Source of the DNA: an uncultured Candidatus Saccharibacteria bacterium
Lineage (GTDB): Bacteria; Patescibacteriota; Saccharimonadia; UBA4664; CAZOQX01
Direction of reading: 5' to 3'
DNA length: 64,000 nucleotides
Assembly (NCBI GenBank): GCA_964582465.1
Contig: CAZOQX010000003.1
Span: forward strand, 1,115 to 65,114
The position numbers were made by a program, and so were the translations under genes. Below are positions 9,878 to 19,471 of this stretch, piece after piece. The notes under the pieces were generated by a model. That model ran no database searches and had not been told where the DNA came from. It saw nothing but the letters and a program-made list of their open reading frames with translations. Position 1 is the first letter of the stretch, and each line of letters starts with the position of its first letter.

Positions 9878-10476
9878 TTCGCCAAACCTCCGGTGGGATA
9901 AACATAGGTTGCGGAGAGCGAAAATGCCACGCGGGTTCCTTGGACGCTGGCTCCACTAAATGCTACGGAGTTAAAGTAGATTTGTCCTCCCGCATTCGCC
10001 ACACTGGTCGTACTTGGGTCGGGTGTTGGACTAGACTGCTTAAGCGCCGCGATGGCTGTGCCCACTTCATTGTAGGAACCAGCCGTGCCGGCAATGACAA
10101 CTTTCTCGCCATCGACATTAAGCGATTGCAGTGTGACCCCCTTCGGCAAAAGATCAGTCACCCGCTTAAAGATGGCCGAAAACTTATGTTGATTGCTAAA
10201 CAGCCCGTTCAATTCTTGTAGGCTAGCCTGGACAGCCAGGGCTTCTTTACGAAATGCGACGTTATCCGGTGAATTCACCTGAGCGTTGAGGGTGGTATAG
10301 CTATTTTTGGCCGAAGTCAGCCGCACTTTCTGGACGCCCAAGTACACGCCAGCAAGAACTGCCAAGCCCGCCACTAAAATTAGCCAGCCAACAATACTTG
10401 CCGTGGCTATCTTCTTAAACTTCTCCTCACGCTGACGGTTAAGGACTAAATCTGGTAGTAGGTTTACCTTGATCAT
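9874..10476 (-). CDS. pilN: PilN-like pilus assembly protein
   Basis: 200 aa. MIKVNLLP N-terminus followed by a TM helix is the hallmark PilN start. Confidence 0.65.
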   Translation of the reverse strand: MIKVNLLPDLVLNRQREEKFKKIATASIVGWLILVAGLAVLAGVYLGVQKVRLTSAKNSYTTLNAQVNSPDNVAFRKEALAVQASLQELNGLFSNQHKFSAIFKRVTDLLPKGVTLQSLNVDGEKVVIAGTAGSYNEVGTAIAALKQSSPTPDPSTTSVANAGGQIYFNSVAFSGASVQGTRVAFSLSATYVYPTGGLAK

Positions 10477-10520
10477 GGTTTATGCCTAAAGCTTACACTA
10501 TCCCGCTTATGCTAACAAGT

Positions 10521-13500
10521 TTAATTACTTGGTACCGCCTCATTCCACACCGCCGGAGCACTATTAAGAGTACTGAACCATGGCGGCGGGTTGCTCACCA
10601 CCGTGCCATCGTAGACGAAGTTCTCGGATGGGTTGATGTCAGGATCTAGTTGTGTGCCAGGCTGGCGCTGTAAGTTGAATGATGAGGCAATTATCAAACC
10701 GTTGAGTGTCAGCGGTTGGTCGACATTGACGCGATCATTGTTCCCCACTAAGCTGGTGCCCGAGCTAAATGCACCATTCGCAAAGTAGTTGCCGGCTAGA
10801 TTACTCACGCAATCGTCGGAATTGAAACACTTAACGATGATATTGCCGGTCACAATGAATCCAACTGACGTCTGCTGGCTGCGATCAGTACCGCTATAGC
10901 CGTTATAAGAGACATCACCGTTTACAATTAGATCGCCATTTACAACTATTGTGCCCGCTCCGCCTGCAAAACTGAGCGCGGTATGGGTAGCAGGATCGCC
11001 TAAGTTCAAATTACCATTAGCATAATAGGTTCTCCCGTTGGCGAGCGTAAAGGTGTCGTCCATCGTATAGTAATTTTGCCCGCTGACCTTAGTGAGGTTC
11101 GTGGCCTTCCCCACAATATTATTATTGTAATTGGTCTGCCCCCAGATGGCGTAAATCGGATTATTAGCATTGTCATACGTTCCCGAATTGCCGGTGTTGA
11201 GAGCGTAGGGGCTGAAGGCTTTTCCTTGACTAGGATGACCCGATACGCCTGGGCTGGTGAAGTCAAAGTGATTAATTAGTCCTTTGGTGTACAAGAACGC
11301 CGATTGCGCCAGGGAGTGCGCGAAGTAGCTATCGATCTTCCCGCCAGCGTAAACGTCGGAATTTTGGAAAGATATGGTCGGATTATAAATGGTAGCAACC
11401 CCGCGGTCGGGCTTGGCAGCACTATCCGATTCTATACCGTAAAGCACATTATCGGGCTTGGAGGCGCTCACGTCGCGCGATCCGAGGTCTCGGGTGTGTC
11501 CCTTAAAGGTACTCTCGTAGCGAGCGCGCTGGACGTTACTTGACCAACCCCAGTCGACATTGACTAAACCGTCCTTGGTGCCATCGTATGTTACGTCGCA
11601 TTCCCCATCGAAGTTAGCGGGACAATTGGCCGTATCTTCCTGAAGTAATTGGCCAGCGCCGGTGTAGTACTTGGTGTTGGCGGCACTCGCGGTCAGGTTA
11701 AAGAAACCGCCGGGCCAATAGGTTGCCGTCACATTTTGAGTGCCAGACTTGGTGTCATCAAAGCCCGTGATTACCGGCTCCACCACCTGCGTGTCATAAA
11801 TCATGCGATTCGTATAAAGCGGATCGGCGCGATCAAATGCCCAGCTTACTCCAGCGCCGTGAGCAAGCGGTGTCGAATCCCCCGAGTTATCCATCGTAGT
11901 AACGGTGGTCGAGTCCTGCCAATAAGTGGGGAGGTCGGCCGTTGCTGGGTCATTATCACCATCGGCCCAAGTCGGGTTGGTCTTGTTAAATCCCCCACCA
12001 AAGTAACTATCTTGGCCTAACACTTGACCTTGAATCGTGGCATTGGGATTCAGCCACCCCCACTTGGTCTCTCTTCTGCCCAAGTAGTAGGTAAAGTTGC
12101 TGACGATAAATTTATTGCTAATCTTTAGCGTCACGGTGGTACCAGCAGTCCCGTCGGCAGTTCCAGGGCTATAGGTGAAGCCGGCCGCGCCGCTGGCATT
12201 GGTTGCACCCCCCAACTTCACGCCGATCGGCGTGTCGTGAGCAGCAGCGTTTTTGGTTGGATACCAGTGGCCCTTGTCGTCTAGTTGCGACCAATTCACG
12301 TACTCATCCCACTTAAGCTGCGCATTATCGACGTGTGTAATGCCCGTAGTGTAGGTCAACGGTTCTTGGTTATTGGCCTTATATTTGAGTGTGCCGTTGT
12401 CCTGACTGTCCTGCAAAAGCGACGTCACAGTCGTAGTGCCCCACGATTTCAGTGGCAAATCACTTACACCCAAGCCGCCCTTCAAAATATTGTCTGGATC
12501 AAGCGTAAAGTTAGTCGGTACATCAGTATTGTCCGAATCAGCCTGATTGGTGAAGTTAGCATCGTTAATTGAGGCACTATACGTACTCGGGAAAAGTTGT
12601 GGATTTCGAACGTTATCCCAAGTGTTGGGCTTTGGCGAGTTATCGGCCTTAACTGGTCCAGCACTATTATCGGGCAATGACTGCCGCGGATCCGCTCCCT
12701 TATTGGTATCGCGCTGCAATAGATTTTTGTCGATGCCGCCCTGCCACTGAACGCCGTGGTCGCCCACCACTGAGACATCATCTGAGTTGTTAGCCGGCGA
12801 TTTAATTCCTTGGGCGTTAATATGGAGGTTAGAGATCTCGACAGCGTTGATGTGATTACTGCCGCCGCAGTCCCATACTTGTTTGCCGTCAGTATAAAAG
12901 TAGCTGCCGTCTTGGCAGGCGATGCCGCCGTGGCGGGGGTCAAAAGCATTGCTATCGCTGGTCGAGAAGTTCACGTCGCGAATGGGTTGCCACTTATTGC
13001 CACCAGGAGTGGACGAGCCGGACGTCACGGTGCCGTCGTTCTTCGGTACGTAAGCGAGCGGGATGCGCTGCAAGCAACCGGTGGCCGCAAACGAAGCCGG
13101 GCAACCAATCTCCGCCTTGTTATTAAAGACACTCATGCTGTTTAGGTCCGTATCGAGATTTTCGCTGGTGGTATTGGTATCCCCAAAAGCCGATCCCCAA
13201 GTACCAGCCAGCCAGAAGTTAGTCGAATGATCGTTGCCTTGGTATGTTCCTTGATCGGTTTTGCCGCGATTGCCCGCATCCGGCCACATGTAGGCCTGCA
13301 GGTTAAAGAGCGGATATTTAAAGTTATCGCGCACGAACTGTAAAACGGGGTGAATGAAGTTGGCTAAGTAGACTTTCGCTGGCGTGTTTAGAGATTTAAT
13401 GGTGATAGCGCAGGTGTCGCCGAATAGGTCATATACACCGGCCACGAGACTAGGCGTACCCATCTGGAAGGTTAGGCGATAGACGCCGGGGGTCGCTGGT

Positions 13501-14993
13501 GTTACATAGCTCGCATTCGAGAAAGTAGTAGTCTGATTGGGGCCGATAGGTGGACTATTAATCGACTGAGTCGTAGGTCCAGTTACAGGAGTGTCATCAG
13601 TACGAACTAGCTTATACGAGCTGGTCCAAGCCACATCGCCGGTATTCTTTAATGACTGGGTAATTTTTACAGTCGACCCCGGCGCGACAGGGTTCGGAAT
13701 AGAGCTTTGGATGCTTTGGCAGTTTGAGTTCTGGGAGCAAGTATCGTTGTAGGTTTCACTATCGTACGGGATCCAAATTTGCGGATCGTTATTGTAGCTA
13801 ATGTTGTGCCATACCCACATAAACTGCATACTATACGCCGCGGCAAAGTCTAGAGTTTTAGTTTCACCGTTGCCGCCAATAAATTCAGGGTATTTATCCG
13901 GATTCTGATCGGCAACTGCCGTCTTTACATCATAGCCCCGCCGATGAGCACTTCCCCCATTGAAAATATCTGGAGTTATCTTCCACGGCCCGGGACTAGT
14001 CCCGCCAACGTCGCGATAATATAAATCAAAGTAGATTTGTGGGTTAACCGGAGAAGAGTCGCTAGCCCCGTCCGCATCCTGCCACCTCAGCTCGTTATAA
14101 AGAATAGGATAAACCTCTTTTTGCGACAAGCAGGGGGTTGCAAACGGAATATAGAGGTCGTAGGTTCCACTCGTGTTGGTCGTATCAAGCGTGATAGGCT
14201 GATCACCTTTATCAAACCTCGCCCACAAGCCCACACGGTTCCCACCACAAGGGAAATTTTGATTTGCCCCCTGATTATTTACATCTTGTTGCATGCAACC
14301 ATCAGCTTGTGTCCCGGAGCTATAAGCTTGGATCCTGAAGTTCGCCCACCGGTCGTGACCAGGCTCAACGACCACACTGTCATCTGTGTTCATCGCCGAA
14401 ATATACCCAACTGCAAGTCGGTATACATAGTATCCGTTGCTCTTATTACTAGGCGATGATAAACATCCGCCATCGCCGTAGTTGTCAGAGTCGGTATCAA
14501 ACTTAATAGGGTCGCTCCACTGACCCGGGCTTGTAAAGAATACGGACCCTTGCTTGCCCTGAGAGATACATTTTTTGGCGTTATTATTATCGTCGAAGAT
14601 TTTGTAGGATTCGTCAGCGTTGGCGGGGGTAAAGAAAAATTTCATGCTTTTGAAATCTTGGTCAGAAGAACTTCCAGTACCTGTCCGAATTCTTATGTAG
14701 GTATTGTGGGGATCTTTGAAGTATAGCTTGATGTAAGATACGGGCGTATCGATAGCTCGACCTGTAGTGCCAGCATTGCATTGGTGGTTTGGATTGGTAA
14801 AGTAGCCTGAACATGCTTGGCTAACATCGACTTGAATATCGCCGTTCCCTCCATCGACTGTTTGATTCGGTAGAACATCATTTACTCTTACAAAGCTAAA
14901 GTCCGGGGCAGCCTGGGCTGGCTTAACCAAACTGAACAGGTTAACCGGCAGAAGCACCGCCAAAATAGTTAGCCACCTAATAAGCTTAGCCAT
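10521..14993 (-). CDS. Giant secreted surface protein (1490 aa), function unknown; candidate adhesin with beta-helix-like C-terminal region
   Basis: Uninterrupted 4.47 kb ORF with N-terminal signal peptide (LLPVNLFSLVKPAQA). Very Gly/Thr/Asn/Ser/Asp-rich. C-terminal NGDLIVNGDVSYNG...VGFIVTGNIIV repeats suggest a beta-helix. Heads the T4P locus. Confidence 0.7.
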   Translation of the reverse strand: MAKLIRWLTILAVLLPVNLFSLVKPAQAAPDFSFVRVNDVLPNQTVDGGNGDIQVDVSQACSGYFTNPNHQCNAGTTGRAIDTPVSYIKLYFKDPHNTYIRIRTGTGSSSDQDFKSMKFFFTPANADESYKIFDDNNNAKKCISQGKQGSVFFTSPGQWSDPIKFDTDSDNYGDGGCLSSPSNKSNGYYVYRLAVGYISAMNTDDSVVVEPGHDRWANFRIQAYSSGTQADGCMQQDVNNQGANQNFPCGGNRVGLWARFDKGDQPITLDTTNTSGTYDLYIPFATPCLSQKEVYPILYNELRWQDADGASDSSPVNPQIYFDLYYRDVGGTSPGPWKITPDIFNGGSAHRRGYDVKTAVADQNPDKYPEFIGGNGETKTLDFAAAYSMQFMWVWHNISYNNDPQIWIPYDSETYNDTCSQNSNCQSIQSSIPNPVAPGSTVKITQSLKNTGDVAWTSSYKLVRTDDTPVTGPTTQSINSPPIGPNQTTTFSNASYVTPATPGVYRLTFQMGTPSLVAGVYDLFGDTCAITIKSLNTPAKVYLANFIHPVLQFVRDNFKYPLFNLQAYMWPDAGNRGKTDQGTYQGNDHSTNFWLAGTWGSAFGDTNTTSENLDTDLNSMSVFNNKAEIGCPASFAATGCLQRIPLAYVPKNDGTVTSGSSTPGGNKWQPIRDVNFSTSDSNAFDPRHGGIACQDGSYFYTDGKQVWDCGGSNHINAVEISNLHINAQGIKSPANNSDDVSVVGDHGVQWQGGIDKNLLQRDTNKGADPRQSLPDNSAGPVKADNSPKPNTWDNVRNPQLFPSTYSASINDANFTNQADSDNTDVPTNFTLDPDNILKGGLGVSDLPLKSWGTTTVTSLLQDSQDNGTLKYKANNQEPLTYTTGITHVDNAQLKWDEYVNWSQLDDKGHWYPTKNAAAHDTPIGVKLGGATNASGAAGFTYSPGTADGTAGTTVTLKISNKFIVSNFTYYLGRRETKWGWLNPNATIQGQVLGQDSYFGGGFNKTNPTWADGDNDPATADLPTYWQDSTTVTTMDNSGDSTPLAHGAGVSWAFDRADPLYTNRMIYDTQVVEPVITGFDDTKSGTQNVTATYWPGGFFNLTASAANTKYYTGAGQLLQEDTANCPANFDGECDVTYDGTKDGLVNVDWGWSSNVQRARYESTFKGHTRDLGSRDVSASKPDNVLYGIESDSAAKPDRGVATIYNPTISFQNSDVYAGGKIDSYFAHSLAQSAFLYTKGLINHFDFTSPGVSGHPSQGKAFSPYALNTGNSGTYDNANNPIYAIWGQTNYNNNIVGKATNLTKVSGQNYYTMDDTFTLANGRTYYANGNLNLGDPATHTALSFAGGAGTIVVNGDLIVNGDVSYNGYSGTDRSQQTSVGFIVTGNIIVKCFNSDDCVSNLAGNYFANGAFSSGTSLVGNNDRVNVDQPLTLNGLIIASSFNLQRQPGTQLDPDINPSENFVYDGTVVSNPPPWFSTLNSAPAVWNEAVPSN

Positions 14994-15074
14994 TAGAGTT
15001 ATTGTATGAGCTTATCCACTACCAGTCAAACCCCTTAAGCTTATTGACATCATGACTGCTCCGGTAGACTATTA

Positions 15075-15707
15075 ATGTTAATGGCTAAGCGCAAAAGGAA
15101 AATGACCAGACTACTCCCATCGCTCGGCAAGCTCTCTAACCTTTCTTTCGTAGCGATCGTATGTGGCGTGGTGACTTTTGGAATACTTGCCTACTACGTG
15201 GTACACGCGCTCTCTTATCACAGAATCGGCATACTACAAGAACACGGCCAAACTTTTTACTACACCAACCCCACAACCGGCCACGTAACTGCTGAAAAAG
15301 TTATTCATCCTGATCAAGGTGATGGCGGTAAACTGTCATGTAGCAATACTTGCTGGCTCTCGGCTAAAGCAAGTTCAACCTTCCAAGACGCCTGGACTGG
15401 TCCAGGGTTTCACGTAGCGTCCAGCGGCGTAAACTCAACTAACAAGAATCAACGCGCGTGCTTTGTTATTCGGGTTGCTCCAGGTGCATCCTCAGCAATA
15501 GCAGGAATATCCGTCGATGGGACACCAGTAGGACAATCTACATCTGTTACAAAAGATTTCAAGTGTTATTGGCTGAACTACACAGTCAAAGCAGGCCAGA
15601 CCGGCCTCAGCTGGACCATCCATGTTCAGTCTGGGCAAGTTCAGATTGACCGTGTAGAACTGTGGCAGGGCGGTGCTAGTGGCAAGAGTGTTTTTGTAGA
15701 ACTGTAG
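15075..15707 (+). CDS. Secreted/membrane-anchored Cys-containing protein, tandem paralog A
   Basis: 210 aa with N-terminal hydrophobic anchor. C-terminal ~125 aa are identical to paralog B. Conserved CSNTCW, CF and C motifs. Confidence 0.6.
   Translation: MLMAKRKRKMTRLLPSLGKLSNLSFVAIVCGVVTFGILAYYVVHALSYHRIGILQEHGQTFYYTNPTTGHVTAEKVIHPDQGDGGKLSCSNTCWLSAKASSTFQDAWTGPGFHVASSGVNSTNKNQRACFVIRVAPGASSAIAGISVDGTPVGQSTSVTKDFKCYWLNYTVKAGQTGLSWTIHVQSGQVQIDRVELWQGGASGKSVFVEL
15334..15705 (+). repeat. Direct repeat copy 1 (372 bp, 100% identical to 15958-16329)
   Basis: Read directly: tgtcatgtagcaatacttgctgg...gtgtttttgtagaa occurs twice with a 624-bp period. Confidence 0.9.
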
Positions 15708-15755
15708 CTTGCTTTTGCCGTAAACATGTGATACAGTTGCATTCAACTAAACACT

Positions 15756-16334
15756 ATGTTGAAGTTTCGTTTTTCTATACTAACAGTCTACCTGGCCAGC
15801 ATAATTGCTGGCTTCTTAGCTTGGAGCTTCCCTGCCCAGGCTATTACGTATCACAAAGTCTCCACTCTCCAGGAACACTCAACTTTCTCTTATACAAATG
15901 ATGGGAAAACGATTAAAGAGAAGGTTCAGCATCCTGACTGGAGGGACGGCGGGCACATGTCATGTAGCAATACTTGCTGGCTCTCGGCTAAAGCAAGTTC
16001 AACCTTCCAAGACGCCTGGACTGGTCCAGGGTTTCACGTAGCGTCCAGCGGCGTAAACTCAACTAACAAGAATCAACGCGCGTGCTTTGTTATTCGGGTT
16101 GCTCCAGGTGCATCCTCAGCAATAGCAGGAATATCCGTCGATGGGACACCAGTAGGACAATCTACATCTGTTACAAAAGATTTCAAGTGTTATTGGCTGA
16201 ACTACACAGTCAAAGCAGGCCAGACCGGCCTCAGCTGGACCATCCATGTTCAGTCTGGGCAAGTTCAGATTGACCGTGTAGAACTGTGGCAGGGCGGTGC
16301 TAGTGGCAAGAGTGTTTTTGTAGAATTACAGTAA
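15756..16334 (+). CDS. Secreted Cys-containing protein, tandem paralog B
   Basis: 192 aa with signal peptide ending AQA. C-terminal half is identical to paralog A. Confidence 0.65.
   Translation: MLKFRFSILTVYLASIIAGFLAWSFPAQAITYHKVSTLQEHSTFSYTNDGKTIKEKVQHPDWRDGGHMSCSNTCWLSAKASSTFQDAWTGPGFHVASSGVNSTNKNQRACFVIRVAPGASSAIAGISVDGTPVGQSTSVTKDFKCYWLNYTVKAGQTGLSWTIHVQSGQVQIDRVELWQGGASGKSVFVELQ
15958..16329 (+). repeat. Direct repeat copy 2 (372 bp)
   Basis: Identical to 15334-15705. Encodes the shared C-terminal half of the two paralogs. Confidence 0.9.
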
Positions 16335-16335
16335 A

Positions 16336-17490
16336 CTAAACCACTACCTCTTTAGGCCTGTCGCGCAAATTATAATCCGAACTCATCACATAGCCGTAGG
16401 CGCCGGCGTTCAGTATTGCTAAAATCTCTCCTTCTTTCGGCATGGTAAGCTCCCGCTCCTGGGCCAATAAATCGCCAGACTCACACACATTCCCAGCTAC
16501 ATACACCACCGCCTGCTCGCCCTCTACTCTACTTGCATTCATAATTTGGTGATATGAGCCGTACATGGCCGGTCGAATTAAATGATTAAAGCCCGTGTTT
16601 ACGCCTACAAATGTGCGATCCGGGTTCTTTTTTATATCCGTCACTTTGGTGAGCAAAAAGCCGGTCTCGGCCACCAAATAACGCCCGGGCTCGAGCCGCA
16701 TTGCAACCGGCGAGCCATACTCCCGCGTAAATTTCGCCATCAGCTCGCTCGCCTGCTTACCGAATTCGGCTACGTCCAGGGGTTGCTCGCTAGGTCGATA
16801 CGGCACGCCCAAACCGCCGCCAAAATCTAAATACTTCAACCCCTCAAACCCCCGTGCCGTTTCGAGTAATACACTCATGGCGTGAATTAGAATAGCGACA
16901 TCTAACACGTTCGATCCAATGTGCTGATGCAAGCCCACGATCTTTAGGCCGTGTTTTTTCGCGATTGCTTTGGCCTCGTCGAGCTGCGAAATATCAATCC
17001 CAAATTTACTAGCCGGGCCGCCGGTAATCACATGAGCGTGGTGACCGGCCCCAATTCCTTGGTTAACCCGAATCCCCACTTCCTTTCCCAGCCCTAAGCT
17101 TCCCCACTTTTCCAGCTGGCCAAGCGAATCGAGGTTTACGGCCATTCCCTGCTCGGCCAACCATGCGAGCTCGCTCGCATCAATATTGCTACAGGTAAAT
17201 ACCAGGCGGTCAGTCGTAAAACCGGCCGCCTTTGCCCGCTCGACTTCGCCGGGACTGACGCATTCGGCACTAGCCCCTAGTTCACGAAGTTGCTTTAAAA
17301 CTTCCAAATTAGAATTAGCCTTAACCGCAAAATGGATCTGTGCCGGTTGATAAGAAATCGCCTGCTCGAGCGTCTGGTAGCGCTCCTTGATTGTCTCTAA
17401 CTCATAAACATAGAGCGGCGTGCCGTATTTTGTCGCGAGCTTGGTCGCCAGGTCCCCGCTGATATCGAGTTTATTGTCGCGTACCTGCAT
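16336..17490 (-). CDS. lysA: PLP-dependent decarboxylase, diaminopimelate decarboxylase-like
   Basis: 384 aa. The N-terminal region FAVKANSNLEVLKQLRELGASAECVSPGEVE matches the group IV (alanine racemase fold) decarboxylase family. It cannot be distinguished from ornithine/arginine decarboxylases by eye. Confidence 0.65.
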   Translation of the reverse strand: MQVRDNKLDISGDLATKLATKYGTPLYVYELETIKERYQTLEQAISYQPAQIHFAVKANSNLEVLKQLRELGASAECVSPGEVERAKAAGFTTDRLVFTCSNIDASELAWLAEQGMAVNLDSLGQLEKWGSLGLGKEVGIRVNQGIGAGHHAHVITGGPASKFGIDISQLDEAKAIAKKHGLKIVGLHQHIGSNVLDVAILIHAMSVLLETARGFEGLKYLDFGGGLGVPYRPSEQPLDVAEFGKQASELMAKFTREYGSPVAMRLEPGRYLVAETGFLLTKVTDIKKNPDRTFVGVNTGFNHLIRPAMYGSYHQIMNASRVEGEQAVVYVAGNVCESGDLLAQERELTMPKEGEILAILNAGAYGYVMSSDYNLRDRPKEVVV

Positions 17491-17522
17491 TCCCCGATTA
17501 TAAAGGAAGAGCGCTAGGCCGG

Positions 17523-18383
17523 CTAATAAACGTCGACGGCAATATGAATGTGGTCGCGGTGATCAGCTTCCGTGGCCGGGTCATAGTGATGAGGCACACC
17601 TTGGTCGAGATTAAGGGGCGAGTTCCAGTAGATTAGCTCATCCACATGATACTCGGCGCGATGATTAAAGACGTAAGGCATGATCGAGACATGCTGCTCC
17701 TGGTTGGCAATATCAACCGCTAGACCGCGGTAATGGAAGCTATTTGTCACATGATGACCATTAGTGAGGTACGCTATCACAATCGGAATGCCACGATTTG
17801 CCATGTCGTTCACGAGTTTGAGCAAGTCCGCGCTCACACGCACGCATTGGCCAGTGGCTTCCACGGGTGCACACTCCCCCCGTGCCACTCGCTGCATAAT
17901 ACCTACCGTCTGCGGCTGAATCGAAATGTGCGGATTCTGCAAAATTAGCTGGGCGTAATAGGCGGCATTATTTACAGGTTGCGTTAAGCTCGCACAACTC
18001 TTGCCCTGGGTGCGGTAAATGGCACACCAAGTGTTGAGGTTAGCAACGCCAATGTTTGCCGCACTTTGCCCCAGTGGCTTGTTACCTAGCCCGCGGTGAT
18101 TGGGATCAAGCTGGTAATAAATCAGAGCTGATTTGGTTGGCCAATCGAAGTAGCCATTAATTTTGAGCGCCTGCCTGGCAGCAAAGGATACGCTTCCGGA
18201 ATTCTTGAGGTGCCACTGTAAATTCTTCACGCAGACGCCTGTGCTGTTCATGCTAAGCACTGGCTTAACGGGACAGGCAAAGGGATCTTGGCCAGTCGCA
18301 TGCGCTGGGGCAACTGCAATAAGCGGCATCACTACCGCAACCAGCGCTACTATAATTTTTGCAAACTTCAACTTCATAGCCAA
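17523..18383 (-). CDS. Secreted peptidoglycan-binding-domain protein with M15 (VanY-like) D,D-/L,D-peptidase domain
   Basis: 286 aa with signal peptide. Mid-region resembles PG-binding domain 1. C-terminus has SFHYRGLAVDI and DHIHIAVD, matching the SxHxxGxAxD ... DxxHxH zinc motifs of peptidase M15. Confidence 0.6.
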   Translation of the reverse strand: MAMKLKFAKIIVALVAVVMPLIAVAPAHATGQDPFACPVKPVLSMNSTGVCVKNLQWHLKNSGSVSFAARQALKINGYFDWPTKSALIYYQLDPNHRGLGNKPLGQSAANIGVANLNTWCAIYRTQGKSCASLTQPVNNAAYYAQLILQNPHISIQPQTVGIMQRVARGECAPVEATGQCVRVSADLLKLVNDMANRGIPIVIAYLTNGHHVTNSFHYRGLAVDIANQEQHVSIMPYVFNHRAEYHVDELIYWNSPLNLDQGVPHHYDPATEADHRDHIHIAVDVY

Positions 18384-18564
18384 AACTGGCTGCCCGAGGG
18401 CAGCTCACTTAATTTACGTGAACTTTAACATTTTTTGGGCTTAGTGTCAACATAACTACTCTCTTAGGCTAGCAATCACCGCTTCAGTTGATAAATGCCG
18501 GACACTTGGGGCACAAACAAAAAGTTAAGCCCCGAAGGGCCTAACTTGGTGAGGTGGTTTTGGT

Positions 18565-18966
18565 CTACTGGCTAATCGGACCGAGGCCTTGCAGCAAATG
18601 CTGGCGTACCTGTAGATGCTGATCAAATTGGCTCAGCCGCTCCTTGATCTGGCTATCGCTTAGGCCCTTGCCCCTAAGCTTAGATGTCAGATCATCTCGA
18701 AGCTTCTGGTGGAATTGATCAAGCGTCATTCCATGCTCCTGCACAATTTGCTGAAGAGTTTTGGTCTTCAGCTCACTCCGCAGGTCAGCTGGCTTCACGC
18801 CTAGCACACTGGCTACTCCATCAAGCGGATGCCGATGCATTTGCCGCATCGAAGTCATCCCAGGATGTGCAGGCCGGTTTGAGCTCGCGAAAGAGCTCGC
18901 TCCCACCATAGCCGCAGCTCCAACTAAGATCCCGCCGGCCATTAAAGCAATTTTTTGTTTAACCAC
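18565..18966 (-). CDS. Small secreted hypothetical protein
   Basis: 133 aa with N-terminal signal/anchor (IALMAGGILVGAAAMVGASSFA). A hairpin plus T-run immediately downstream on the minus strand (~18510-18545) is consistent with a terminator. Confidence 0.45.
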   Translation of the reverse strand: MVKQKIALMAGGILVGAAAMVGASSFASSNRPAHPGMTSMRQMHRHPLDGVASVLGVKPADLRSELKTKTLQQIVQEHGMTLDQFHQKLRDDLTSKLRGKGLSDSQIKERLSQFDQHLQVRQHLLQGLGPISQ

Positions 18967-19075
18967 GGTTCCCCTTTAATTAACTTCCCTATTAAAACAC
19001 TGTCGGCTGAGAAATCGCTTAACACAGAGGTAGCCTGGAGCGTTTGCTCCAGGCTACCAGTCGATCGACGCCGCC

Positions 19076-19471
19076 CTACTTGGAAACCGCACAGGCCTGA
19101 GCGAAGGAGGCGTGGTAGCCTTTCTTCGCCGCGAGGTGGGACGCCCAAGGGTACATGTCGCCAGACCGGCGAGTCAGCAGGACGTTGTAGTCCTCCTGGG
19201 CGCCTGCCGGGTCGGTGACGAAGTACACATAGGCCCGAACCGGCCGGTAGCTGCTAGACACGGGCCAGGTCAAGCGTTGCCGCCCATCCCTCCACCCGAT
19301 CTGGATTTTGACCGGACCAGTGAACTTGTAGCGATACGGCCGGTGCTGCCGTGTGGGCTTCGCGATACCATGAATCTGGTTACCACGACAGACCTTGCCG
19401 CTCGCCTGAGCAGGCAAAGCGCCCATCGCCACGACGGACACAATCACTGCCAACCAAATGAAACGCCGCAT
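19076..19471 (-). CDS. Small secreted hypothetical protein encoded in a GC-rich block
   Basis: 131 aa with a clear signal peptide MRRFIWLAVIVSVVAMGALPAQA. Local GC is visibly higher than the flanks. The antisense 131-aa ORF lacks a signal peptide and was not preferred. Confidence 0.5.
   Translation of the reverse strand: MRRFIWLAVIVSVVAMGALPAQASGKVCRGNQIHGIAKPTRQHRPYRYKFTGPVKIQIGWRDGRQRLTWPVSSSYRPVRAYVYFVTDPAGAQEDYNVLLTRRSGDMYPWASHLAAKKGYHASFAQACAVSK

Noticed and set aside
11006-14881. Numerous 60-155 aa ORFs on both strands inside 10521..14993
   Set aside because: Nested within the uninterrupted 1490-aa giant ORF. Low-complexity and Arg-rich translations are typical of off-frame artefacts.
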